From NCBI GenBank assembly GCA_012295275.1, contig CM022665.1, positions 4,588,001 to 4,652,000 of the forward strand: a stretch of 64,000 nt of DNA. The letters run 5' to 3'. The DNA comes from Chrysomallon squamiferum (Eukaryota > Animalia > Mollusca). Of this stretch, positions 11,223 to 22,740 are shown piece after piece. Numbering within the stretch: position 1 is the first letter of the stretch; each line of letters starts with the position of its first letter. The notes under the pieces are model-generated. The model made no database searches, was not told the origin of the DNA, and saw nothing but the letters and a program-made list of their open reading frames with translations. Made by a program: the position numbers and the translations under genes.

Positions 11223-13489
11223 AAAAAAAATAGGTTAGTTTGATTTGAAAATATTATTTTTTAAAATCCCTGATTTATTACTATTACAATCCATTTGTTT
11301 TAATATTTAACATTTACTGACCTGTTTTTGTTTATACACAAACAGAAGCACATACATAAACTGTCAGAAACAAACACACTTATTTATTATTTGTTTATCT
11401 GTCTGTCTGTTTGTCTATTTTTCTATATGTCTGTTTCCTTTCTTTCTTTTTACATTTTGTTGAAATGTTTATCTTGTTTTTTCTTTTTTTACTAAACAAT
11501 TTTATTTTTTTATTTTTTTATTTTTTGTACAGATAGAAACTTAATGGATCAGAAGAGATTTACTCCGATATAAATAATCTCACTTACTGAATAAACAAAT
11601 AAAAACTAATTTGTTGGCGTTGTTTTTTTGAATTACAGTTATGTATAAAATCTCAAACCATGATGCTTTTAATGATAATATTTTTATAATGTTTGAAAAT
11701 ATAACTAAATGTTTATTTTTATATAACTGTCTTAACGCAGTAATACAATAAAGCAGTCCTTTATGCTAACAAAAACAACAAGAGCAGCAACAATAACAAT
11801 AATAATAATAACAATAACAACAACAACAACAACAATAATAATAATAGCAATGGCAATAATAATAATAATGACGATAATAAATAAATGCATTTTAAAAATA
11901 TATATATATATTAAAAGTAACTAACAGTGAAAAGCACTGGGCTGCAGCCCTTTGACTACAGATTAACATTAGTCATCTGGATCTAAAAGAGGTTTTGCCG
12001 TTTCATCCTCAGAAGGAAAATGACTGATCACTATGAGTTATCTATCCTGTCTTTGCTTGGAGCTCTCATCATTGAATCACTGACAAAACGTTCAGTTTTC
12101 TTTTAAAGCATTCAAGCCAGGTTATTATAACAAGTGTTCATAGCCTGATAGCGAAACTGACGATTTTTTTTATTTATTTGTTCGTTTATTATTAGTGGTA
12201 ATAGTGCCATAGGTAGTGGCAGTGGCAGGAGTAGTAGTAGTTGTAGCAGTAGTAGTAGTAGAAGTCGTAGTAAAGAAAGATCATTAAACACAAACAAAAA
12301 AATAATAATAATAAAATAAAATCAGTTAAAGACTGCCAATGTCTTATAATTTAATACATTCAAAAAGTATTTTTTGTTGGATTTTAGCCGTACACATGAC
12401 AAACACAGTCGATAGGATAGGATAGCAAAAAAATTAATGTGCTAATCAGAGCAAGCTGTTGTGAAGGAAGCACTTTACACAGTCGATAAAACAGACTCCG
12501 TTTTATACCGCGATTTAGAAGAGAAGTAATTACAAATAATTATGACAGTTGTCTCCCTTAGATCAGAGAGCGAACGACAATACGTCTGATAGTCAACCGC
12601 TAAATAGTTTAACTGAGTATGATACTGAAGTGATCACTGTTTGCTTTATATATTATTTTGTTATTATTTTCTTAAGTTTACAAAATTTATTTTTACCTTT
12701 TTACCCTCTTTGAGATGTAGTATTTAAAGAATAGCTAAAAGAATATATTTTATTTATTTATCCCTTTGTTACTTACCTACTTACCTATTTGTGTTCATTA
12801 ATAATTTGGTTCACATCGTTATATTTATTTATTTATTTATTTTAGAAGGCGCCCATATTTCTACTGTTAACTTCCACAGAATTATCAGGGAACTAAATGA
12901 AATTGAATAGAAAAAGAAAAGGTTAGTTTGATTTAATCTTTAACTTTTACTTACCTATTTTTGTTTATACACAAACAGAAGCACACACACATATTTATTA
13001 ACTTATCTATCTAATGTATCTATCTATCTATCCGTCTATCCATCTACCTATATACCTGTCTATTTATCTATCTGTTTATGTATCTATTTTTTCTTCTTCT
13101 TTTTTTACATTTTGTTGAAATATTTATCTTGTTTTTTCTTTTGTTTTTAGTAAATATATATATTTTTTCTTTTAACAGATACAAACTTAATGAACCAGAG
13201 GTTTACTGCGATATAAATAATCTCACTGAATAAACAAATAAAAACTAATTTTTGGGCTTTGTTTTGTAAATTACAATTATGTACGAATTCTCAAACCATG
13301 ATGCTTTTAATGATACAATTTTTCATAATGTTTGAAAATATAACTAAATGTTTATTTTTATATAACTGTCTTAACGCAGTAATACCATAAAGCAGTCCTT
13401 TATGCTAAGAAAAACAACAACAACAGCATCTATAACAAAAACAACAACAACGATAACAATAATAATAGTAATAATAACAACAACAACAA

Positions 13490-13520
<31 letters not shown>

Positions 13521-14110
13521 AAGAAGAAGAAGAAGAATAACAATAGCAATAACAATAATAATCACGATAATAAATAAATAAATTTAAAAAAAAATATATA
13601 TATATATAAAACGTTCAGTTTTCTTTTAAAGCATTCAACCCAGGTTATTATAACAAGTGTTCATAGCCTCATAGCGAAACTGACGATTTTTTTATTTATT
13701 TGTTCGTTTATTATTAGTGGTAATAGTGCCAAAGGTACGGGCAGTGGCAGGAGTAGTAGTAGTTGTAGCAGTAGTAGTAGAAGTCGTAGTAAAGAAAGAT
13801 CGATAAACTCAAACACAACAAATTTTTTTTTTTTTTTTAAATCAGTTAAAGACTGCCAATGTCTTATAATTTAATACATTTAAAAAGTATTTTAGCCGTA
13901 CATATGACAAACACAGTCGATAAAACCGACTCCGTTTTATATCTCAAGAGAAGTAATTAAAAATAATTATAGCAGTTGTCTCCCTTAGATCAGAGCGCGT
14001 ACGACAATACGTCTGACATTCAAACGCTAAATAGTTTAATTGAGTTTGATATTCAAGTGAATATTTGTTATGTGGAATTCATCACTGTTTGCTTTATTTA
14101 TTATTATGGT
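10950..14110 (+). repeat. Direct tandem duplication of the 3' end of copy C (~10950-12670 and ~12690-14110), including last coding exon and 3' UTR exon
   Basis: Collinear near-identity, e.g. GATGTAGTATTTAAA..AATAGCTAAAAGAATAT at ~10978 and ~12714. The duplicated exon 12846-12910 reads EGAHISTVNFHRIIRELNEIE*. The second copy lacks ~11915-12085. Confidence 0.9.
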
Positions 14111-14335
14111 TATTATTATTTTTTTACTTTTAACTATTTTTATAAGCTCAGTTTTTATAATAAAGAAACCGGTAGTTTTTTTTTAAACATGAATTGCACT
14201 CATTAAAAAAAAATAATAATAATAATAAAAACACTTTCCTACACATTATACATACACAGAAGCACGGACGCACTACAACAGGGGCTTGTATTTTCGGACG
14301 TACACATAAAACTTTATTTTAAAATCGCTATTAAC

Positions 14336-14473
14336 CTTAACTTGGTTCGCTTGGAAGCTACTCTTGTGCATTCTTTTTAGCCTGACGTTTTGCCCAATCC
14401 TTGACTCGTCTCCATCTGATTCAAAACGAAACCGAGGCCAAGCATCGCTCTCATTTACTGCAGCGAATAGCGA
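14336..14473 (-). pseudogene. Copy D: truncated, frameshifted peptide exon related to copy E
   Basis: Reads LFAAVNESDAWPRFRF(-1)RIRWRRVKDWAKRQAKKNAQE*LPSEPS* followed by G|GTTAAT. The start codon region is replaced by inserted DNA, and no EF-hand exons were found downstream. Confidence 0.85.
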
Positions 14474-14813
14474 CCACTCCGAGCAAATTTTAACAGAAAA
14501 GGAGAAGTGTATAACGTACAGGCCTGTACGCAAAAATTTATATCGGGAACGATACGTAATCGACGGCCCAAAGATCATGCTCCTCCGAATTCTTTTTTAA
14601 ATCTGTAATGCAGCAAATACATTCTGAGAAATAAATTTGAATTTTTTTTCTAGCCTCACAATTTTATACAAATAAATAATAAAGTTAGTTACTATCAGAA
14701 CGGACCCGCGGAAGTATTAACGACATTGATTCCGTTATAGCACATTTTTCCGCGCATTACGACGTCGGACCCGCCATTATAATTCACGTAGTTGGAATAT
14801 ATATACATATATA

Positions 14814-14901
14814 CATGGCCGTAACTACATTGAGGCAAATGAGGCAAATGCTTCATAGCGGAATTTACGATTTTTTTTTTTTTTGATTTTTTGTTGTTGT
14901 T

Positions 14902-14939
<38 letters not shown>

Positions 14940-15283
14940 CTAATATACAAAGATTTTATTTAAAGAATATAAAATATAAATCTCTTTTCCGATAGAACCG
15001 ATATCCACTGAATGAATTCGTTTATGTTTATGGTTATCGTTTGAAGTCTACCGACATGGTTGTGATGAAAGATATAACTAACTTCAAAGTCGTCAGACAT
15101 CAAACAGGTTTATCGAACAACTGATGATTTAAGGCATTCAGCATCCTTTTCAATTTCAATTTTGGCCTGGTACTTGTCCTGATACAATGTATATTGTCAC
15201 TTAGCCCCCAGTCCTCTCACCCAAATTTTTTTGGCGATTAAGTGTTGTTACCTCGTTTAATAAAAAGTCTAGTTACGGCCATG
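14814..15283. mobile_element. Non-autonomous DNA transposon (MITE, hAT-like termini)
   Basis: Perfect 14-bp TIRs CATGGCCGTAACTA (14814-14827) and TAGTTACGGCCATG (15270-15283), flanked by ATATATA on both sides. It may be nested in an older element with imperfect IRs AGGCCTGTACGCA (14520) and TGCGTACGGGCCT (15341-15353). Confidence 0.75.
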
Positions 15284-15555
15284 ATATATATATTCCCTTT
15301 TTACACGTCTACGGACGAACGTCGGCAGACTGTACGGACCTGCGTACGGGCCTAAAGTATTAGTAATAATAAACAGAACTTTTGAAATTTCATTGGATAG
15401 TTATCGCTCGATGTTCCCTTTCTTATTTTCATTCGTTAGTCTATTTTTTTTCTTTTTTTTTTTATCTTCTTTCTTTTTTTCGGAATGATCTACATTCTTC
15501 GGATTTTGAACACACACACACACACACACACATACAGACATACAGACATACACAC

Positions 15556-15582
<27 letters not shown>

Positions 15583-15589
<7 letters not shown>

Positions 15590-16165
15590 TTGTGTATAAG
15601 TCGAAGTTTTGGGAGACTATATTAAGGTAATATTTTGGGGGTCGATTTATACATAGGTAATGCTTTTGTAGCTGTTGCTGAAGAGTCGCCATTTTGACTA
15701 TTTTTTGCTACGGGATGCATCTAAAATAATCGCGGTCTTTCAGCTTTTCAAAAATATAATTTTATCGTATAAAAAAGTTTGAAAAATTAAATAACAAAAC
15801 CAAATATGAATGTAAAACATGATATTCTTCCGTTTAATGACATAAAAATACATTTTAAAGCGAGAAAACGGTCAGTACGGCGTTATGCCTTACGGCGTCT
15901 TGCAATGATTTAGGCTATAGCTCGTGTAATACATGCATTTACGTTATTATGGTATGTTCGTGCAAGTTACAGCTCGTGCAAGTTATGTTACAGTAGGCGT
16001 ACAATGTAGGCCTTCGTGGCACTGTCACACTGGTCTAAAAATAGTGACGGTGCCTGGAATCGACAGTCGACTTATACTCAAGTAATACCTAAAATGACGC
16101 AATTTTTGGTCTTAAAATACACATCGACTTATACATAAGGTCGCCTTGTACACAAGTATATACGG
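15583..16165. mobile_element. Non-autonomous Tc1/mariner-superfamily (pogo/Tc2-like) element
   Basis: Inverted ends TATATACTTGTGTATAAGTCGA and TCGCCTTGTACACAAGTATATACGG|TA, internal repeats of TCGA(C/T)TTATAC, TA flanks. Confidence 0.7.
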
Positions 16166-16405
16166 TATATATATAATGGAAATGTTATTCTCTGGCAAAA
16201 CTTACTTCACCTATATATATATAAATAACATTTTCAAATCGTAAGACTATAACATTTGAAAATAACTGTAACTAATATATAACATTACGAAACGTATTAC
16301 TCTTAGATATAACAATTCTGGCCTATATTATTATATTTAAGATATATCCGAATTTTGTAAAGCGTTAATAAAGAAAATTCGAAAATAAACAAAGGGTATG
16401 TTTAC

Positions 16406-16550
16406 CGTCCGGTCGTAATCTATATCTCGGAGAAAGAATGAATAAAAATGATTATAATCCATTCATTTATACCAGTTTGTTATTATTTCTTCTTTGATCT
16501 GTCATTAAGTGTGAGAACAGAAATACAAATATCCTGTTCCATCTGGTACA
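16406..16550 (-). promoter_or_regulatory. Orphaned promoter and exon 1 of pseudogene D
   Basis: Minus strand: CAGATGGAACAGGATAT, TTCTCACACT, TATAAA (16471-16466), and an exon ending GATTACGACCGGACG|GTAAAC, similar to GATTTACGACTGAAAG|GTAAG of copy E. Confidence 0.65.
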
Positions 16551-16572
16551 GATGATGATGATGATGATGATG

Positions 16573-16633
<61 letters not shown>

Positions 16634-18289
16634 CAACAACAACAACAACAACTGATTAAAATAAGGATTGTACATGACACTAATGACTGGTACATCTAAA
16701 GAAAAATTAATCACCTCTGTTAGAATTTTGATTTTTTTTTTTTTTTCTTTTAGGTGTTTTTGGGGGGGAGGGGTTTTCTAGTATTTTTTATGGTTGTTGT
16801 TGTTGTCATTTAAGACTCTTATGGTTAATCTGATTATAATTATTTTCAGAATGTCAGTACGTATCATACATTTTATAATTTTTATCTGTTTTTTTTTTTT
16901 TTTTTTTTTTTATCTCTTTTTATGTAATTAATATAATTTTAGAATTTTTATTCTTTTTCGAATTATACTGAATCTAAAGCTTCGACGTTTTTCCTGATGT
17001 ATTTATGAGTCTTATTTCTTTGATTAAATTATTCAAAAAAAAAAAAAAAAAAAAGATTCTGGTGCGTATGTGTATGCGTGTACGTGTTTGTATATATATA
17101 CATATATAGTTTTGTGAAAGTGATTCCAGACTGAAATGTATCAGTACTGAACAGAAGGGATAATGCAGACAGCTGATAAAAACAGGATGTTTGAGCAAGA
17201 AAGTGTCAAATACATTAATGCAATGACTGACGTATCACTGGGCTGGGGCAATATAACACATTTTTACTTTGTTATCAGATGAAGTGTGAAAGAATACGTT
17301 TGAGAGCAAAAAGAGCAGATATAATTCATCTAACAACTGTTCAGAGTCGAAGTCCTCAAAAATGTCCTAATTTAGTTTATCTGCTAAATGGTAGTACGGT
17401 TCGTAGCGTTTAAAAATAGTCTTGCTTATCAAATTATTTAGTAGTAATTTGCCTCCACTATAAAGTTACAGCTTAGGAAATTTATATATAGGAAACAATC
17501 GTAAAGCCAGACTTCAAATTACAATACTTGCCAGTAAAATGGAGTTAGAAAGAATTTAGAAACCATTTAAAGTTAGATGGGTTCTTATTCCGAGAATCAA
17601 TTTTATTTATTTATTTAATTAGTTAGATACTTAGTTTACTAGTCAATTAATTCGTTATATAATTTAATTGGTCGTGCATTTAAATATTTTCTATTTCATT
17701 CATCCATTTATTCGTCATATGCTAATTCATTAATGCATGTCCAGCTTTTATGCTCACTTTTTCGATGCGATTTTGCAACTGAGATTGTCAGGGCAAAAAA
17801 AATTACCTTTCTGGTTTAAAAGAAATTGCAATAAATAAACATAAATACAGAAATGCATAAGTTCACATATTTAACATATAAACATAATACATCTTTTAAA
17901 ATCAGTTTTTAATATTATTTATTTCTATCGTAAAGACTACTGTACACCCATGTTGGTAACGGTAATCCAGTTAGCTCTCGTGAGATCAAAGTTTAAATTA
18001 AAATAATGACACGATGATATTTTGATTACTGCCCCCTGTTGTGCTTCCATCACTTATACAGTGCACCTGACACTTCTATCTGTTTAACTGTTCACGAGTT
18101 TAGTTTTAATCAGTTTGTTTTATCTTCCAACTGATCAGTGTGTTTCTGGATGGTCAATGTTAAACATCCTATTTTGATCAACTCTGTCTTCTCTCGTCAA
18201 AATTACAAGGATATTCAAGTGTCATATAAAAGTAAATATTTAAATAAATTAAAAATTCCTTTAAAATTTGAATTAAAACACTATGTAAA

Positions 18290-18336
<47 letters not shown>

Positions 18337-18464
18337 ATTTTGAAAAATTATGTAATACATTTGTGAATTAAGTTTGTGACTTCTGAAAATAAAATGCAAG
18401 CAAACATACCAATAACTACTTTAATCGCTAACTGTTTTTTACGTGAACGCTCTAATTAATTTAA

Positions 18465-18609
18465 CGCGAGCAGCAGATTGTATTAACAGGATCTTCACGG
18501 TAATGTTTTCACACCTTTGCAAAAACAGCAGCTCAAGTTTAGTATAAAATAATGGTCTTCGATAACAAATTTATTTATTTTTTCTCTTGTAACGATTTAC
18601 GACTGAAAG
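18465..18609 (+). promoter_or_regulatory. Promoter and non-coding exon 1 of copy E
   Basis: GCAGCAGATTGTATTAACAGGATCT at 18470-18494, TTTTCACAC, AGTTTAGTATAAA at ~18536-18548; exon ends CTGAAAG|GTAAGA at 18609. Confidence 0.75.
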
Positions 18610-18682
18610 GTAAGATATCGTTTTCATTGACTTTGAATTTTTTTATTAAAAGTCTGCACATTTTTTTATTTCGACTGGCGTT

Positions 18683-18779
<97 letters not shown>

Positions 18780-18897
18780 GGAAAGAATTAAAGGAATATT
18801 TTATGAATCCGAATATGAATTCCTGGTTAGTTCTAAACTATAATTAAATATAAAATTTTGCAGAATTTTAATATCAATTTTGTGACAATAAAGAAAT

Positions 18898-18933
<36 letters not shown>

Positions 18934-19030
18934 AATAAAGCAATTGAAATGGGACGATATAAACAAAATGATAAAGGAATAAACATAAATGTATTTTGTG
19001 TATTACTATTATACATTTTTTCTTTTTCAG

Positions 19031-19393
19031 ATGAAACTTGCTTTTCTCTTTGTACTTGTTGCGGTTTTCGCTGTATTAAGCGAGACTGATGCCTGGCCTC
19101 GGTTTCGTATTCGAATCAGATGGAGGCGAGTCAGGGACTGGGCAAAACGTCAAGCTTTAGACTGGGCTAAGAGGAAGGCAAAGGACTGGCTTGCAAGCCA
19201 AGGAAAACGAGGTTGGTTCTGGAAATAGATATTTTCTTCAATTTTTGATATTTATGCTCCAGAATGAGAAAAGCTTGAAATGTTTTGTTAAAGAATTGTC
19301 AAAGAGTAGCTATCGTGTATTTCAGAATTGATGCGTGTTTATTCAGATCTTAGTATCACAAACGCAATACATTTTAAAAAAAATATCTGTAAT

Positions 19394-19454
<61 letters not shown>

Positions 19455-20193
19455 AAAGAGGAAAAAAACAACAAAGTACAAAAACAAAAATATTAAAAAA
19501 GAATTCCTTTTATCTAAAAATCTAATATTCGAACTGAGTTTTATAAGCGTTTTGGTTTAGATATAAAACATAAGAAAACATGGAAAATAATTATACTTAC
19601 TCTGAAACGTACATAGATCATTATTAGATGAAATAAATGCATGTTACAGAGGAACAATTGTGTTTTATTAAGAGAAAAAAAAAAACTACGTTTTATTGTT
19701 ATTTTTCGTTTGTTTGTTTGTGTGCATAAGTGTAGAAGTTCACGTGTCAAAGAAATGTATTTCAGATATTTCTGAGATCGACACCAATATGGATGGAATT
19801 CTAAACCAGCAGGAACTTGAGAAAATAATGACTGAAAGAGACGCTCAGGATTTGATGGAATTCCTTGATCAGGATGGTAGTGATTTAAAAACATTTTATT
19901 ATTCCTGAATCTGATATTTGAGAATAATTCCTTAAAAAATGCTTTAAAAAATGGCTTTACAGTTGTGATAAAGGTATGACAAAGGTTCAATAATAACATA
20001 ATAATAATAATAATAATGATAATAATGATGATGATGATGATATTCTTAACTTGAAGTTTAAACACTTTTGAAAAGAAACGGTATTTGTAAAGAAAAACGA
20101 AATCATGTGGATCATGCTTTGTTTTTAGGTAAGTCTGAAATTACCACTGACGACTTCCAGCGAATGATCAGGGAACTCAGTGAAATGGAATAA
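19031..20193 (+). CDS. Copy E: secreted Arg/Trp-rich cationic peptide precursor with C-terminal EF-hand pair (118 aa)
   Basis: Exons 19031-19211, 19766-19876 and 20129-20193: MKLAFLFVLVAVFAVLSETDA|WPRFRIRIRWRRVRDWAKRQALDWAKRKAKDWLASQ|GKR|DISEIDTNMDGILNQQELEKIMTERDAQDLMEFLDQDGKSEITTDDFQRMIRELSEME*. Confidence 0.9.
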
Positions 20194-21889
20194 AACATAA
20201 AAATAAAAGAGATTCAGTTTGATTTCAGGCCATTTCGTCTTTTAATTAAACATATTTACTTCCCTTCCTTCCCTCCGCCCATAAGCCAAAGGAAATGATG
20301 TCTGTTATGTCACTAGTAGCAATAACTTAAGCAAATCAATTAGGCATCTTTTTATGCATTTTGTCATAAACAGGGCAACATATACCTCGGTAACTGATAA
20401 ATCATGAGCCGGAAAAAGTCTTTGTATTTTTGTTTAATAATAATAATAATAATAATAAAATAATAAATAAATAAATAAGATTATTATTACAGTTGTTATT
20501 ATTGTTGGTGCTGATGCTACATTTGCTATAGCTTGTCTGTTGTTGTGTTTAAATAAAGTATATATATATATATATTAATGTTGTTCTTATTATTAATATT
20601 AATATTTTTCATATTTTATATTTTCAGTATATTGGACTCTAATAGCCAAGAAGAAGTTCGTTAAGATAACAATAACTGATCATATTTCAAATGTTTTTTG
20701 TTTTTTATTTATTAATTAGTTTTTGTATCTTATAATCCAAGTGATATATGGATGATTTTTTTTTTACACTAAACATCATCAGAACATATCTGTCACGGGA
20801 ATCCTACCCAGATGCTGGTAAATGACCCCAGTTTCTGTCACCCTGGCAACCGTTATACATAATTACCCCTGTCAGTAACCCCCGCTGTCTCGGGGCAAAA
20901 CGTTACCGCCAGGTGGCGTTGCATAATCTAATTTAGCACCATCACTGTATTAAACATATTAATTATCTTCGGCAAGTCATTTTGACACATAATCTTTGGC
21001 AGCGTAATCACAGATATAAAAACTGCTCAAGTTAGCTGCATAGAATTAGAGCTATAATCTGTTGATAGCACCAAACTAATTAGTAAATAAAATAAAATAA
21101 AATAAAACAAACACTCAAATAAATAAACAAATAAATAAATAAATAAATATCTCAGTATTCTTAAGTTGTATTGAACAACAATCACTGACGGATCCTTCAC
21201 TTGTCACGTTTTACGTAATACACACATTACATTAAATTACATTAGATTGCATTAAATTTTATTTTGTTTTATTTTATTAATTCTTTATCATTTATAAAGT
21301 TAATTGTTACTTATACTGACTTCTGTTTGGAGACAAATCTACTTTGGTGTAAGTGATCTTGGATTTAAAACACCTATATTTTCTATTTAAACTCAACATT
21401 TACCCCTGTCCCATATAAAATATAGTTTTCAAACTGTGTGTTTTATTTTCTTTAATGAAATGATTATTTGCATCGTTCTTGGTAAAACTCTTCATGGCCA
21501 TTAGGAATCTAATCAGTTATAAAACAAAACAAACAAATAAAAAATAATAAAAAATAAAAAATAAAAAATAGAATTAAAATTAAAAATTAAAATTAAAATT
21601 AAAATAAACATACAAATAAATAAATACGTTTCACTGAATTTTAGCAGTGTAAGTAAATAAAGAAAACCGAAAAAATGTCAAAAACTTTCATGGATAAAGT
21701 GACAACATTTATTAATCTCTCTCTCTCTAAATACCACGACCAGACAGAAAAGTTGCAGGTACGTTATATTACAATAAACTTCATTTTAATTTTTTTTTTA
21801 TTTTTTTTTTTAATATTTATATTAAACATTCTGTTTCCATAAGCTCTGACCAACGTACTGTTGCCTCTACACGTTTCTGTTACATGTCT

Positions 21890-22205
21890 TCATTCTCGGC
21901 GGCCTCGGGTTTTTGCCAGCCTTGCGACTCCTCACATTGTCTACAGACGTGAATGACGTAGGGAGCTTCAGAGCCGAGGTAGTCATCGCTGGTCACATGT
22001 CATGTTTTCTGATGAGTCACTGTTCACTTTTAGACTTTTACGACAGGCAGGGTCGGGTTCCTGACGACGAGAAAATGAACGGCACCTCAACATCGCAATA
22101 CCATTTCTTAACCAGATTTGGAGGAGTTTATGCTGTGGGCTGGCATCTCTAGGACTGAAAAAATCCCGCTCCATGTTGTGCAAGGTAGGGCTACATCGGC
22201 AACTG
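21890..22205 (+). mobile_element. Decayed Tc1-family transposase fragment (start of the DDE domain)
   Basis: With frameshifts it reads HSRRP...WSHVMFSDESLFTLDFYDRQGRV*RRENERH...RFGG..MLWAGISRTEKIPLHVVQGR, matching the Tc1 motifs WxxVxFSDES, RVWRR and GGxxMVWAGIS. Confidence 0.8.
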
Positions 22206-22683
22206 AACGCATGTCTGACCAATCGCGGCGGTATCATCCACTACTGTTAATAATACAAAAATAATAAATAAATAAATAAATTAAAACTTTCAAGTTTAAC
22301 TTCTTGTACCCGAATCGTCCTTCAAGATTTTTGGCGGATTTTTTGCATGCATGTATGTATGTATGTGTGTGTATAAAGTACAGATACACAAAGACACACA
22401 CATACACAAACATGTATACATATAGGCATACACATACATACATGCATACACGTCATCTCCTCGTTTTGTTTCTATTTTTATTACTGAATTAATATTACCT
22501 ATTATTCACATTTATATCATACTTTTTTATTATATCTGCTGATATCAGCAATTATATTTTGGAAAAACAAACAAATTAATAACAAGATCCAGTTACAGCA
22601 GTTTCAGAGAATGTTTTTTTTTTAATTTCGATTACATACATATTTTTTTGTTAGATTTATTTAAATAAATTAATTAATCCAAA

Positions 22684-22740
<57 letters not shown>

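Noticed and set aside
19541-20065. Longest ORF in the track (174 aa, minus strand)
   Set aside because: It is antisense to exon 3 of copy E and starts in an (ATT)n repeat, so it is a shadow ORF.
20790-20935. TGTCACGG-starting GC-rich patch as an LTR
   Set aside because: No second LTR, PBS, PPT or target-site duplication found.
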